From assembly GCF_030645145.1 (NCBI RefSeq), contig NZ_JAUSMI010000084.1, positions 1 to 59,128 on the forward strand: a stretch of DNA of 59,128 nt, written 5' to 3'. The stretch is from Microcella sp. (GTDB lineage Bacteria; Actinomycetota; Actinomycetes; Actinomycetales; Microbacteriaceae). Of this stretch, positions 1-10,079 are shown in pieces. Made by a program: the position numbers and the translations under genes. Numbering within the stretch: position 1 is the stretch's first letter; the number at the start of each line of letters is the position of its first letter. Below the pieces are notes generated by a model. That model saw only the letters and a program-made list of their open reading frames with translations. It did no database searches and was not told where the DNA came from.

Positions 1-47
1 CGCAGAAGCGCTAGGCGTCCCCTCCGCCCCGCCCCGGCCGCGGTCGA

Positions 48-124
48 GCCGGAAAGTCGCACGTGAGCCCGAACGTTCGGGCTCATTCGCGCCGAAGGGG
101 CTCAATCGTGCGACTCCTTACGGC
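48..124. repeat. Intergenic nested palindromic (REP/MITE-like) element
   Basis: AGTCGCACG (55-63) / CGTGCGACT (107-115) inverted arms enclose the perfect 22-bp palindrome TGAGCCCGAACGTTCGGGCTCA (64-85). Confidence 0.75.
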
Positions 125-144
125 GCGGCGCGCGCCCAACGGCG

Positions 145-288
145 GCCGACACGCCTCAGCGTGCAGGCGGGCGGCCGCCGACACGACTCAGCGCGTCGGC
201 GGGCGGCCGCCGATACGACTCAGCGCGTCGGCGGGCGGCGGCCGATACGACTCAGCGCGCAGGCGGGCGGCCGCCGATGCGGCTCACG
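145..288. repeat. 32-bp tandem repeat, about 4.5 copies, overlapping the 3' end of the PfkB kinase gene
   Basis: Units start at 145, 177, 209, 241, 273; consensus GCCGAYACGACTCAGCGCGYMGGCGGGCGGCC. Confidence 0.9.
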
Positions 289-1163
289 GCGATGGCCGCG
301 ACGCGCTGACCCTCGCGCGCGGCGTGAGCGAGGTCGGCTCCGGCGAGGCGCGCGGCGAGGAAGCCGGCCGTGAACGAGTCGCCGGCCCCGGTCGGATCGA
401 CCGTCGGCACGCGCTCGGCGTCGAGCGACGCGACCCTCGCACCCCCCTCGGCGCGGAGCTCGGCGATCGTCACGCCCGCGGCCCCGCACGTGAGCACGAC
501 GGCCGGCGCGAGGTCGAGCAGCGCCTCGGCCACGAGCGCGGGCGGTGCGCCCGCGTCGAGCCCCGCGAGCAGGCGCCCCTCGTCGAGGTTCGGCCGCAGG
601 ACGTCCACGCCCGTGATCGCGGAGCGGAACGCCGCGACGCCGTAGTCGGCGATGAACCCGGTCGAGCTGGGGTCGAGCGAGACGCTCGCGCCGTGCGCGT
701 GAGCGCGGTCGACGAGCTCGCGCAGCGCGCGGGCCGAGAGGGCGTCGACGAGCGAGTACCCGGTCAGATGCAGGATGCCCGCGGTCGCGAGCAGAGCATC
801 CGTCACCTGGGAGGGATCGAGGGTCGCATTCGCGCCCCGATCGGTGAGCATCGAGCGCTGCTGCCCCTCGACGAGGATGACGATCGTTCCGGTCGGCCGA
901 TCGTGATCCTCGTGCAGGTGCGCGTCGACGCCCGCGGCGGCGAGCTCTCGGGCGTGCCGGTCGGCGTCGCCCGCGCCGACGCGGCCCACGAAGTCGACGC
1001 CCGTGCCGAGCCAGCCGAGCCACGCGGCCGTGTTCGCCGCGCTCCCGCCGGGCTGGCGGGTGATGCGCGAGGTCGTGTCGGTGTCGGGCCGGATGGGGCC
1101 GGAGGGCACGACGATGATGTCGTCGATGACGTCGCCCACGAGGAGTGCGCGCGGTCCGGTCAC
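252..1163 (-). CDS. PfkB-family carbohydrate kinase, probable pseudouridine kinase
   Basis: PGGSAANTA and DPTGAGDSF PfkB signatures; immediately downstream of psuG. Confidence 0.85.
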   Translation of the reverse strand: MTGPRALLVGDVIDDIIVVPSGPIRPDTDTTSRITRQPGGSAANTAAWLGWLGTGVDFVGRVGAGDADRHARELAAAGVDAHLHEDHDRPTGTIVILVEGQQRSMLTDRGANATLDPSQVTDALLATAGILHLTGYSLVDALSARALRELVDRAHAHGASVSLDPSSTGFIADYGVAAFRSAITGVDVLRPNLDEGRLLAGLDAGAPPALVAEALLDLAPAVVLTCGAAGVTIAELRAEGGARVASLDAERVPTVDPTGAGDSFTAGFLAARLAGADLAHAAREGQRVAAIAVSRIGGRPPAR

Positions 1164-1180
1164 GGGTGAGTCCCGGCCGC

Positions 1181-2098
1181 TCAGGCCGAATGCCGCGCGG
1201 CCCAGGCCGTCGCGATGCGGCCGGCGACGCGCACGTTGTTGCGCGCGAGGTCAAGGTTGACCTCGAGGCTGCGCCCACCCGAGAGCTCGACGATCGTGCC
1301 GAGGAGGAACGGCGTGACGGCCTTGCCCGTGACGCCCGCGGCGTCGGCGAGCGCGAGGGCCTCGGCAAGCACGCGGTCGTGCTCCTCGGGCTCCCAGGCC
1401 TGATCGGCGGGGACGGGGTTCGCGACGACGATGCCCTGGCGGTGCCCGAGCGCGTCGTGCGCGGCCATGACCGCCGCGACCTGCGTCTCGTCGTCGACCG
1501 ACCAGTCGAGCGTGAAGGCGCTCTCGCGCAGCCAGAAGCTCGGGAACACCGTCGTGCCGAGCCCGATCACGGGCACCGAGTAGGTCTCGAGCCGCTCGAG
1601 CGTCGCGGCGATGTCGAGCACGCTCTTCACTCCCGCCGAGACGACCGTGATGGGCGTGACCGCGAGGGTCGAGAGGTCGGCCGACTCGTCGAAGGTCTCG
1701 CTCGCGCCGCGGTGCACGCCGCCGAGACCGCCCGTGGCGAAGACGCGGATGCCCGCCATCGCCGCGAGGTGCGCGGTCGCCGCGACGGTGGTCGCCCCGC
1801 TCGCGGCGCGGGCCGCGAGGATGGGCAGGTCGCGCACGCTCGCCTTCGCCATCTCGTCGTCGGAGATGCGGCGCACCCCCTCGGCGTCGAGGCCGATGCG
1901 CGCGACGCCGTCGAGCACCGCGATCGTCGCGGGCGTGACGCCCTGGTCGCGGAGGATGCCCTCGAACTCGAGCGCCGCCTCATGGTTGCGGGGGCGCGGC
2001 AGGCCGTGGCTGATGATCGTCGACTCGAGGGCGACGACGGGGCGCCCGGCGGCGAGCGCCGCGGCCACCTCGTCGGAGAGCTGGAAGGGCTGGGTCAC
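1181..2098 (-). CDS. psuG: Pseudouridine-5'-phosphate glycosidase
   Basis: VALESTIISHGLP, ATGGLGGVHRG, GKAVTPFLL motifs. Confidence 0.95.
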   Translation of the reverse strand: MTQPFQLSDEVAAALAAGRPVVALESTIISHGLPRPRNHEAALEFEGILRDQGVTPATIAVLDGVARIGLDAEGVRRISDDEMAKASVRDLPILAARAASGATTVAATAHLAAMAGIRVFATGGLGGVHRGASETFDESADLSTLAVTPITVVSAGVKSVLDIAATLERLETYSVPVIGLGTTVFPSFWLRESAFTLDWSVDDETQVAAVMAAHDALGHRQGIVVANPVPADQAWEPEEHDRVLAEALALADAAGVTGKAVTPFLLGTIVELSGGRSLEVNLDLARNNVRVAGRIATAWAARHSA

Positions 2099-2204
2099 CG
2101 GGTCAGGCTATCGGGCGGCCGCCCGCCCGTCTGCGCGCGACCGTGACGCCGCGTGACGCTCCGACCCGCGGCCGTCGCGCGGGCCGCCTAGCGTGGAGGA
2201 CACG

Positions 2205-4259
2205 ATGAGCTCGAGCGCAGCATCCGCCCCCGTGCCCGCCACCACAGTGCACGACTCCCGGCGCTTCCCTCCCTCCGCCGCGTTCGCCGCGCAGGCCAAC
2301 GTCACGCCCGCCGACCTCGCGGCGCTCCCCGCCGACCCGCTGACCTTCTGGGAGGAGCAGGCGCACCGCCTGCCGTGGGCCCGGCCCTGGGTGTCGGTGC
2401 ACGAGTGGGTGCCGCCGAGCGAGGACGACCCGCTGAGCCCGCGGGCGACCTGGTTCGCCGGTGGTGCGCTCAACGCGAGCGTCGTGTGCGTCGACCAGCA
2501 CGTGGCAGCCGGCCGCGGTGATACCGTCGCCCTGCACTTCGAGGGCGAGCGCGGCGACCGCGAGACCGTCACCTACGCCGAGCTGCAGCGCCGCGTCGCG
2601 CAGGCGGCGCATGCGCTCGAGGCTCTCGGCGTCGAGGCCGGCGACCGCGTCGTCATCTACCTGCCCGTGCTCATCGAGACGGTCGTCGCGGCCCTCGCCG
2701 TCGCGCGCATCGGCGCCGTGCACTCGCTCGTCTTCGGCGGGTTCTCGGCCGAGGCGCTGCGGTTCCGCGTCGCCGACACGGGCGCGAAGGTCGTCATCGC
2801 GAGCGACGGGCAGTTCCGGCGCGGAGCAGCGGTCGGCGTGAAGGGCATCGTCGACGCGGCAGTGGCGGGGCTCGCGCACGTCGAGCACGTCCTCGTCGTC
2901 CGGCGCACCGGCGACGAGACCCCGGGCACGCCCTGGATCGAGGGTCGCGACGTCTGGTGGCACGAGGCGGTGGGTGCTCAGCCCGAGCAGCACGCGGCTC
3001 CCGAGCTCGACGCCGAGCATCCCCTCTTCATCACCTACACGAGCGGCACGACCGGGCGGCCGAAGGGCGTCGTGCACACGACGGGCGGCTACCTCGTGCA
3101 GGCGAGCTGGTCGCACTGGGCGGCCTTCGATGCGAAGCCCTCCGACGTGTACTGGTGCACCGCCGACCTCGCGTGGGTGACGGCGCACACCTACGTGCTT
3201 TACGGTCCACTGTCGAACGGCGCCTCGATCGTGATCGCCGAGGGCTCGCCCGACCACCCGACGCCGACGCGGCACGCCGAGATCATCGAGCGGCTCGGCG
3301 TGACGGTCTACTACACGGCGCCGACGCTCATCCGGACCTTCATGGCGCGCTTCCCCGACGGATTCCCCGCGTCGTTCGACCTGTCGAGCGTGCGGCTGCT
3401 CGGCACGGTCGGCGAGGCGATCAACCCGGAGGCGTGGGTGTGGTTCCACGCGAACGTCGGTGGTGGTCTCGCCCCGATCGTCGACACGTGGTGGCAGTCG
3501 GAGTCCGGGGCCGCGATCGTCTCGACCCTGCCCGGCGTGCACGAGGGCGTGCCGGGCGCTGCCGGCGTCGCGCTGCCGGGTCTCGCCGTGCGCGTCGTCG
3601 ACGAGACGGGGGCGGATGTCGCGCCGGGCGCGAGCGGGTACATCACGATCGAGGGGCGCTGGCCCGCCATGGCGCGCACCGTGTGGGGCGACCACGACCG
3701 GTATCGCGCCGCCTACTGGAGCCGGTTCGACGGCCTCTTCCTCGCGGGCGACGGCGCGACGATCGACGAGCGCGGGTACGTGCGATTGCAGGGTCGCGTC
3801 GACGACGTCATCAACGTCTCGGGGCACCGGCTGTCGACGATCGAGATCGAATCGGCGCTCGTCGCGCACCCCCTCGTCGCGGAGGCGGGCGTCGTGGGCG
3901 TCGCCGATGCCGTGACGGGGCAGGCGGTCGCGGCGTTCGTCGTGCCGGTGACGCGGCCCGGTGCGGAGGGCGGCGACGCGGGGGCCGGCGGCGTGGGCGA
4001 CTCCGATCTCGACGTGGCCGCGTGGCGCGCCGCGGCATCGGATGCCCGTGCCGAGCTCGCGGCGCACATCGCGCGGGTCATCGGCCCGGTCGCCAAGCCC
4101 AAGCACGTGCTGCTCGTGCCCGACCTGCCGAAGACCCGCTCGGGCAAGATCATGCGCCGACTCCTCGGCGACGTGCTCGACGGGCGCGAGCTCGGCGACA
4201 CGACCTCGCTGCAGGACGAGTCGGTCGTCCCGGCGATCGCGGCGATCGCTCGCGGGTAG
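2205..4259 (+). CDS. acs: Acetate--CoA ligase (acyl-CoA synthetase)
   Basis: YTSGTTGRPKG AMP-binding loop, DTWWQSE, PKTRSGKIMRR; GGAGGA RBS before ATG 2205. Confidence 0.9.
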   Translation: MSSSAASAPVPATTVHDSRRFPPSAAFAAQANVTPADLAALPADPLTFWEEQAHRLPWARPWVSVHEWVPPSEDDPLSPRATWFAGGALNASVVCVDQHVAAGRGDTVALHFEGERGDRETVTYAELQRRVAQAAHALEALGVEAGDRVVIYLPVLIETVVAALAVARIGAVHSLVFGGFSAEALRFRVADTGAKVVIASDGQFRRGAAVGVKGIVDAAVAGLAHVEHVLVVRRTGDETPGTPWIEGRDVWWHEAVGAQPEQHAAPELDAEHPLFITYTSGTTGRPKGVVHTTGGYLVQASWSHWAAFDAKPSDVYWCTADLAWVTAHTYVLYGPLSNGASIVIAEGSPDHPTPTRHAEIIERLGVTVYYTAPTLIRTFMARFPDGFPASFDLSSVRLLGTVGEAINPEAWVWFHANVGGGLAPIVDTWWQSESGAAIVSTLPGVHEGVPGAAGVALPGLAVRVVDETGADVAPGASGYITIEGRWPAMARTVWGDHDRYRAAYWSRFDGLFLAGDGATIDERGYVRLQGRVDDVINVSGHRLSTIEIESALVAHPLVAEAGVVGVADAVTGQAVAAFVVPVTRPGAEGGDAGAGGVGDSDLDVAAWRAAASDARAELAAHIARVIGPVAKPKHVLLVPDLPKTRSGKIMRRLLGDVLDGRELGDTTSLQDESVVPAIAAIARG

Positions 4260-4332
4260 GGCGCGGTTCGGAGGCGGCGGGCGCGGGCGCCTCGGCATGT
4301 CCGCAGCCGCTCACCAGTGGCCGGGACCGCAG

Positions 4333-4417
4333 TACCAAATGCAGTCTTGGTAGACCCTGCCCAACGACCTTGCGGGCCGTACAACCCTGACGCGCGGCGT
4401 TCTGACTGCATTTGGTA
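4333..4417. repeat. Fixed-length inverted-repeat element, copy 1
   Basis: Perfect 14-bp arms TACCAAATGCAGTC (4333-4346) / GACTGCATTTGGTA (4404-4417). Confidence 0.85.
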
Positions 4418-4489
4418 ACGGACTGAAGAGAGGGGGTGCGCGGGGCGGGGCGCCGGGGCGCTCGCGCCCCCCGCGACTACGCTCGAGTC

Positions 4490-5020
4490 GTGCCCGAGCC
4501 CCTGCCGATCGACCCGCTCGCCGAGGCGCGTCGGCAGTGGATCGCCCACGGCTGGAGCGACGCCGCCGACGGCATGACCCTCGTCACCTCCGTGATGCGC
4601 GCGCACCAGCTGCTGCTCGCGCGCGTCGAGGGCACGCTCAAGCGCTTCGACCTGTCGTTCGCGCGCTACGAGCTCCTGCAGCTGCTGAGCTTCACGAAGG
4701 ACGGCGTCATCCCGATGGCGAGCGCGACCGCTCGCCTGCAGGTGCACCCGACGAGCATCACGAACACGGTGCAGCGCCTCGAACGCGACGGCCTCATCGC
4801 GCGCGAGCCGCATCCGCGCGACGGGCGGGCATCCATGCTGCTGCTGACGGATGCGGGCCGGGCCGTGGCGGCGCAGGCGACGGCGGCGCTCAACTCCGAG
4901 GTCTTCACCGAGCCGGGGATGCCGCGCGACGACGTCGCGTCGATTGTGCGCGCGCTCGCCCGCTTCCGGGAGAGCGCGGGCGACTTCGTCACCCCGCCGC
5001 CGACGCCCGACCCGCTCTAG
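4490..5020 (+). CDS. MarR family transcriptional regulator
   Basis: wHTH with DGR motif (HPRDGRASML); TACGCT -10 six nt before GTG 4490. Confidence 0.9.
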   Translation: MPEPLPIDPLAEARRQWIAHGWSDAADGMTLVTSVMRAHQLLLARVEGTLKRFDLSFARYELLQLLSFTKDGVIPMASATARLQVHPTSITNTVQRLERDGLIAREPHPRDGRASMLLLTDAGRAVAAQATAALNSEVFTEPGMPRDDVASIVRALARFRESAGDFVTPPPTPDPL

Positions 5021-5073
5021 CCGCCGGCCGCGCCCCGCACGACCCGCTCCGCCCGAGCAGAAGCGACCGCGGC

Positions 5074-5850
5074 CTACCGGTGCTCGAACCGCGCCTCACG
5101 CTTCTCGACGAAGGCGGCCATGCCCTCCTTCTGATCGGCGAGGGCGAAGCCCGCGTAGAAGAGCTGCCGCTCGACGCGGACCCCCTCGGCGAGGGACGAC
5201 TCGAACGCGGCGTTCACTGCGGCCTTCGCGGCCTGGGCGACGGGCTTCGACTTCGACGCGACGGTCTCGGCGAGAGCCATCGCCTCGTCGAGCAGGGAGT
5301 CGGGGGCGACCACGCGCGCGACGAGGCCCGTGCGCTCGGCCTCGTGGGCATCCATCATGCGACCGGTGAGGATGAGCTCCATCGCCTTCGCCTTGCCGAT
5401 CGCCCGGGTGAGGCGTTGCGTACCGCCGATGCCGGGGATGACTCCGAGGTTGATCTCGGGCTGGCCGAACTTGGCCGCCTCGGAGGCGATGATGAGGTCG
5501 CAGAGCATCGCGAGCTCGCAACCGCCGCCGAGGGCGAAGCCGTTGACGGCCGCGATGACCGGAGTGCGGACGGCGGCGAGGGCGTCCCACCCGGCGAAGA
5601 GGCGCTCGCGCGCGACCTGCTCGTAGGTGGCGCTCGCCATCTCCTTGATGTCGGCGCCGGCGGCGAAGGCCCGCCCCGCGCCCGTGATGACGATCGCGCC
5701 GATGCCGGGGTCGGCATCCCACGCCTGCGCCTGGTCGACGACCTCGGTCATGAGCTGCGAGTTGAGCGCGTTGAGCGCGTCGGGCCGGTTGAGCGTGATG
5801 AGGCCGACGCGGCCGCGCTGCTCGGTGAGGATGGTGCTCGTGCCGGTCAT
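5074..5850 (-). CDS. Enoyl-CoA hydratase
   Basis: [34 protein letters not shown] crotonase motifs. Confidence 0.93.
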   Translation of the reverse strand: MTGTSTILTEQRGRVGLITLNRPDALNALNSQLMTEVVDQAQAWDADPGIGAIVITGAGRAFAAGADIKEMASATYEQVARERLFAGWDALAAVRTPVIAAVNGFALGGGCELAMLCDLIIASEAAKFGQPEINLGVIPGIGGTQRLTRAIGKAKAMELILTGRMMDAHEAERTGLVARVVAPDSLLDEAMALAETVASKSKPVAQAAKAAVNAAFESSLAEGVRVERQLFYAGFALADQKEGMAAFVEKREARFEHR

Positions 5851-6854
5851 GAGGTCCCTTCGCCGCGCTCGACTGCGACGTCGGTCGTCAGGCTGCGCTC
5901 TCGGATGTCGGTGATGATCGCCGAGAAGTCTCGCATCGCTCCGTCGCCCTCGGCGAAGCGCGCGTAGATCTCGGCGGCGAGCGATCCCGCCTCGGCGTGC
6001 ACGCCCGTCGACGCGATGGCCTGGGCCGCGAGGTCGAGATCCTTCGCCATGAGCGCGCTCGCGAATCCGGGCTGGTAGTCGCGGTTCGCGGGGCTCGCGG
6101 GCACGGGGCCGGGCACGGGGCAGTTGGTCGTGAGCGCCCAGCACTGACCGCTCGCGTTCGCGGCGACCTCGAAGAGCGCGTCGTGCGTGAGCCCGAGCCG
6201 CTCGCCGAGCACGAACGCCTCGCTCACGGCGATCATCGACACCCCGAGGATCATGTTGTTGCACACCTTCGCGGCCTGACCGAGGCCCGGACCGCCGCAG
6301 TGCACGACGCGGCGCCCCATCGCCTCGAGGAGGGGTCGCGCCTCGGCGACGTCGTCGTCGGCGCCGCCGACCATGAACGCGAGCGTCGCGGCCTCGGCGC
6401 CCATGACGCCGCCCGAGACGGGGGCGTCGATGTTCCGGTGGCCGGCCGCGACGGCGAGCTCGTGCGCCTGCCGCGCGTCGTCGACCGCGATCGTCGAGCA
6501 CTCGACGAAGAGCGTGCCGGGGGCGGCCATGGCGAGCAGACCCGCGTCGCCGCTTCCGTCGCCGCTGCCGCTGTACGCGCTGAGGACGTGCCGCCCGACG
6601 GGCAGCATCGTGATGACGACGCGCGCCCCCGCGACGGCCTCGGCCGCCGTCGCCGCGATCGGGACGCCCGCCTCGCGCGCGTGCGCGACGGCCTCGGCCG
6701 ACAGGTCGAACCCGCGCACATCGACGCCCGCGCGGGCGAGGTTCGCCGCCATCGGCGCCCCCATGTGCCCGAGCCCGATGAACGCGACCGGCCCCGCGGC
6801 CGCCGCCCCGCCTACCGTGCGGTCGACCCCGCCGGATGCTCTCTCGCTCGTCAT
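5847..6854 (-). CDS. mmsB: 3-hydroxyisobutyrate dehydrogenase
   Basis: [28 protein letters not shown] motifs. Confidence 0.93.
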   Translation of the reverse strand: MTSERASGGVDRTVGGAAAAGPVAFIGLGHMGAPMAANLARAGVDVRGFDLSAEAVAHAREAGVPIAATAAEAVAGARVVITMLPVGRHVLSAYSGSGDGSGDAGLLAMAAPGTLFVECSTIAVDDARQAHELAVAAGHRNIDAPVSGGVMGAEAATLAFMVGGADDDVAEARPLLEAMGRRVVHCGGPGLGQAAKVCNNMILGVSMIAVSEAFVLGERLGLTHDALFEVAANASGQCWALTTNCPVPGPVPASPANRDYQPGFASALMAKDLDLAAQAIASTGVHAEAGSLAAEIYARFAEGDGAMRDFSAIITDIRERSLTTDVAVERGEGTS

Positions 6855-7951
6855 GATGCCTCCCACTCCCCCGTGCCGAATCTGACCCGCTCGGCCTCGT
6901 CGAGCGGAGCGAATGCCGCCTCGACCGCGGCCGGATCGACCTCGGCGAGCGTCGGCGGGCTCCACCGCGGCGAGCGGTCCTTGTCGATGACCTGCGCGCG
7001 CACGCCCTCGGCGAAGTCCGGCGCCGCGAGCGCGCGCAGCGCGGCCCGGAACTCGAGCGCGAGCGCCTCCTCGAGCGACGCCGCGCGCGCGGAGCGGCGC
7101 AGCGCGGCGAGCGTCACTGCGATCGCGCTGGGCGAGCGGGCTGCGAGGGCATCGGCGGCGGCGTTCGCCGCCTCGTGATCGGATGCCCGCATCCGCCCCA
7201 TGATGGCGCTCGCGTCGTCGCCGGCGTACGCCGCGTCGATCCACGCGCGCTCGTCGAGAAGCGGGGCCGCGCCCGCCGGCTCGGCGAACTCGGCGATCGT
7301 CGCGTCGACCGCGGCCGAGGCGTCGCTCTCGGCCGCCGGGTCGAGCAGCTCGAGCGCGGCGACGAGCTCGCCGAGGCTCCGGCTCGGCACGCGCGCGTCG
7401 GCGAGCCCGACCGCGATGGCGTCGTCGGCGCCGATCATCGTGCCGGTGAGGGCGAGGTGCGTGCCGAGCTCTCCGGGCGCGTGCGACAGCAGCCACGTGC
7501 CGCCGACGTCGGGAATGAAGCCGATGCCGGTCTCGGGCATGCCGATGCGCGAGCGCTCGGTGACGACGCGGTGCGAGCCGTGCGCCGAGATGCCGACGCC
7601 GCCGCCGAGCACGATGCCGTCCATGAGGGCGACGTAGGGCTTCGGGTAGCGGGCGATCGCGGCGTTGAGGCGGTACTCGTCGCTCCAGAAGGCGGCGGCC
7701 GCGGCTCCTCCGCCAGCGCGCGCGTCGGCGTGCAGCGACACGATGTCGCCGCCCGCGCACAGCCCGCGCTCGCCCGCGCCGACGACGGCGACCGCGAGCA
7801 CGTCGTCGCGCGCCGCCCACTCGTCGAGCGCGGCGCGCATCATGACGACCATGCCGCGGGTGAGCGCGTTGAGGGCGCGGGGCCGGTTGAGGGTCAGCAG
7901 CCCGAGCGAGCCGCGCACCTCGACGAGCAGCTCGGGCTCGCCGCCGCTCAC
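6851..7951 (-). CDS. 3-hydroxyisobutyryl-CoA hydrolase (crotonase family)
   Basis: [43 protein letters not shown]. Confidence 0.88.
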   Translation of the reverse strand: MSGGEPELLVEVRGSLGLLTLNRPRALNALTRGMVVMMRAALDEWAARDDVLAVAVVGAGERGLCAGGDIVSLHADARAGGGAAAAAFWSDEYRLNAAIARYPKPYVALMDGIVLGGGVGISAHGSHRVVTERSRIGMPETGIGFIPDVGGTWLLSHAPGELGTHLALTGTMIGADDAIAVGLADARVPSRSLGELVAALELLDPAAESDASAAVDATIAEFAEPAGAAPLLDERAWIDAAYAGDDASAIMGRMRASDHEAANAAADALAARSPSAIAVTLAALRRSARAASLEEALALEFRAALRALAAPDFAEGVRAQVIDKDRSPRWSPPTLAEVDPAAVEAAFAPLDEAERVRFGTGEWEAS

Positions 7952-9126
7952 GAGACCTTCTCGAGCACGCTGCGGCCGATGATGAGCTTCATGATCTCGT
8001 TCGTGCCCTCCAGGATCTGGTGCACGCGGAGGTCGCGCACGACCTTCTCGATACCGTACTCGGCGAGGTAGCCGTAGCCGCCGTGCAGCTGCAGGGCGGC
8101 GTTCGCAGCCGTGAAGGCGACATCGGTCGCGAAGCGCTTCGCCATCGCGCAGTGCGCGGCGACGTCGGGATGCCCGCTGTCGATCGACTGCGCGGCGCTG
8201 CGGAGGAGCAGGCGGGCGGCCTGCAATTCCGTCTCCATGTCGGCGATCGTGAACACGAGCGACTGCTGGCTCGACAGCGGAGCCCCGAACGCGCGCCGGG
8301 TCGAGATGTGGCGCACGGCGCGGTCGAGCGCCCACTGCGCGCCGCCCAGCGAGCACGCGGCGATGTTGAGCCGGCCGCCGTTGAGCGCCTTCATCGCCAT
8401 CGAGAAGCCCTCGCCCTCGGCGCCGAGACGGTCGGCGGCGGGCACGCGCACGCCGTCGAGGATGACGGGGCGGGTGGGCTGCGCGTTCCAGCCCATCTTC
8501 ATCTCGTTGGGCCCGAACGAGAGCCCAGGGGCATCGGCGGGCACGATGAACGCCGTGATCCCGGCAGGCCCCGCCGCACCCGTGCGGGCCATGACGATGT
8601 AGACGTCGGTGCTGCCGGCACCGGAGATGAACTGCTTGACGCCCGTGAGAACGTAGTCGTCGCCGTCGCGCACCGCGCGGGTCGCGAGGGCGGCGGCGTC
8701 GGAGCCGGCGTCGGGCTCGGTGAGGCAGTAGCTGCCGAGGTGCTCCATGCTCGCGAGCCTCGGCACCCAGCGCTCGCGCTGGTCGTCGTCGCCGAAGGTG
8801 TCGATCATCCAGGCGACCATGTTGTGGATGGAGATGTACGCCGCGATCGTGACGTCGCCCTTGGCGAGCTCCTCGAAGATGAGGGCCGCGTCGGCGCGCG
8901 TGAGCTCGGTGCCGCCGACTTCCTCCTTCACGTAGATGCCGCCGAAGCCGAGCTCGCCCGCGGCACGCAGCACGTCGAGCGGGAAGTGCTTCTCGCGATC
9001 CCACTCGATCGCGTGCGGCTCGAGCTCCTGCTGGGCGAAGTCGCGCACCATCTCGACGAGCGCCTGCTGCTCGTCGCTCAGGCCGTGGGCGGGCGCCGCC
9101 ATGGGGGCGTCGTTGAGCAGGGTCAT
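7948..9126 (-). CDS. Acyl-CoA dehydrogenase, isobutyryl-CoA dehydrogenase type
   Basis: YCLTEPDAGSDAA, HGGYGY, ILEGTNEIM; sits in the mmsB cluster. Confidence 0.9.
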   Translation of the reverse strand: MTLLNDAPMAAPAHGLSDEQQALVEMVRDFAQQELEPHAIEWDREKHFPLDVLRAAGELGFGGIYVKEEVGGTELTRADAALIFEELAKGDVTIAAYISIHNMVAWMIDTFGDDDQRERWVPRLASMEHLGSYCLTEPDAGSDAAALATRAVRDGDDYVLTGVKQFISGAGSTDVYIVMARTGAAGPAGITAFIVPADAPGLSFGPNEMKMGWNAQPTRPVILDGVRVPAADRLGAEGEGFSMAMKALNGGRLNIAACSLGGAQWALDRAVRHISTRRAFGAPLSSQQSLVFTIADMETELQAARLLLRSAAQSIDSGHPDVAAHCAMAKRFATDVAFTAANAALQLHGGYGYLAEYGIEKVVRDLRVHQILEGTNEIMKLIIGRSVLEKVS

Positions 9127-10073
9127 CGGGTGACCTTTCCGGTGAGGCTGGCGACGGGTCGCAGGAAGACGGGCCGGGCGAGGAACCACGCGGCGACCAT
9201 GACGACGACCGAGCCGGCGAAGACGCCGAACCCGATCCACGAGTCGTCGTCGCGCGCGGCGTACATGTGGTTGAGATTGCGGAGCGCGCCCGTCGAGAGG
9301 ACGAGAGCGACGTGGACGACGATGAACGCCAGGAAGACGAGCATGACCGGGAAGTGCACCGCGCGCGCCCACTCGATGGGGAAGGCGCGATTGAGGCGAG
9401 GCGCGTTCGCGGGCCACGCCCCGGACATCCGGAGCCCCGTGATGATCGCGAGCGGCGTGACGACGAAGACGATCGCGAAGTAGCTCAGCTGCTGGAGGCT
9501 GTTGTAGTTGACCCAGCCGTTCTCGACCGGCCAGTTGAGCGAGAGGTACTGCAGCAGCGCGGAGGCGGCGTTCGGCACGACCTCCCACGACGTCGGGACG
9601 ATGCGCACCCAGTGCCCGGTCGCGAAGGCGAGCACGAGGAAGACGATGCCGTTGAGCACGAGCAGCGCGTCGAGCGTGAGGTGGAGCCAGAGCTCGAGCG
9701 TGATCTTCTTCGGCGGGTTCTTGGTGCGCAGCGGGCCGGAGTTGTTGCGCGTCCAGTGCCCGGCGGGGCGCTTCGCCGTGCGCACCTGCCACCCGGTGCG
9801 GATGATCAGCAGCAGGAACAGGCTCGACAGGAAGTGCGTCGCGTTGAGCCACACCGGCAGCCCGACCGGGGCGCCCTCGGGCAGCTCGGTCTCGCCGGGG
9901 TAGCGGGCGATGAACTCCTGCACGGCGGGCAGCTCGCGCAGCGCGCGGGCGGCGACGACGAGCAGAACGAGGCCGACGATCGCGACGAGGATGCTCACGA
10001 GCAGCTTCGTCGGCAGCTGCGGCGAGCGGCGCGTGCCGCTCGCCGCCTTCTGGCGGCCCTGGGTCATGCTCAT
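9123..10073 (-). CDS. Membrane cytochrome b/b6-domain protein (probable di-heme)
   Basis: Multiple TM segments with His in ATHF, LWLHL and VHF-x12-H; YNSLQQLSY motif as in PhsC/FdnI-like cytochrome b subunits. Confidence 0.8.
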   Translation of the reverse strand: MSMTQGRQKAASGTRRSPQLPTKLLVSILVAIVGLVLLVVAARALRELPAVQEFIARYPGETELPEGAPVGLPVWLNATHFLSSLFLLLIIRTGWQVRTAKRPAGHWTRNNSGPLRTKNPPKKITLELWLHLTLDALLVLNGIVFLVLAFATGHWVRIVPTSWEVVPNAASALLQYLSLNWPVENGWVNYNSLQQLSYFAIVFVVTPLAIITGLRMSGAWPANAPRLNRAFPIEWARAVHFPVMLVFLAFIVVHVALVLSTGALRNLNHMYAARDDDSWIGFGVFAGSVVVMVAAWFLARPVFLRPVASLTGKVTR

Positions 10074-10079
10074 GCTCGC

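Noticed and set aside
145-288. CRISPR array
   Set aside because: Units are contiguous with no unique spacers, derive from the kinase 3' end, and no cas genes are present.
252-2098. psuG-kinase pair as a novel system
   Set aside because: Established pseudouridine catabolism.
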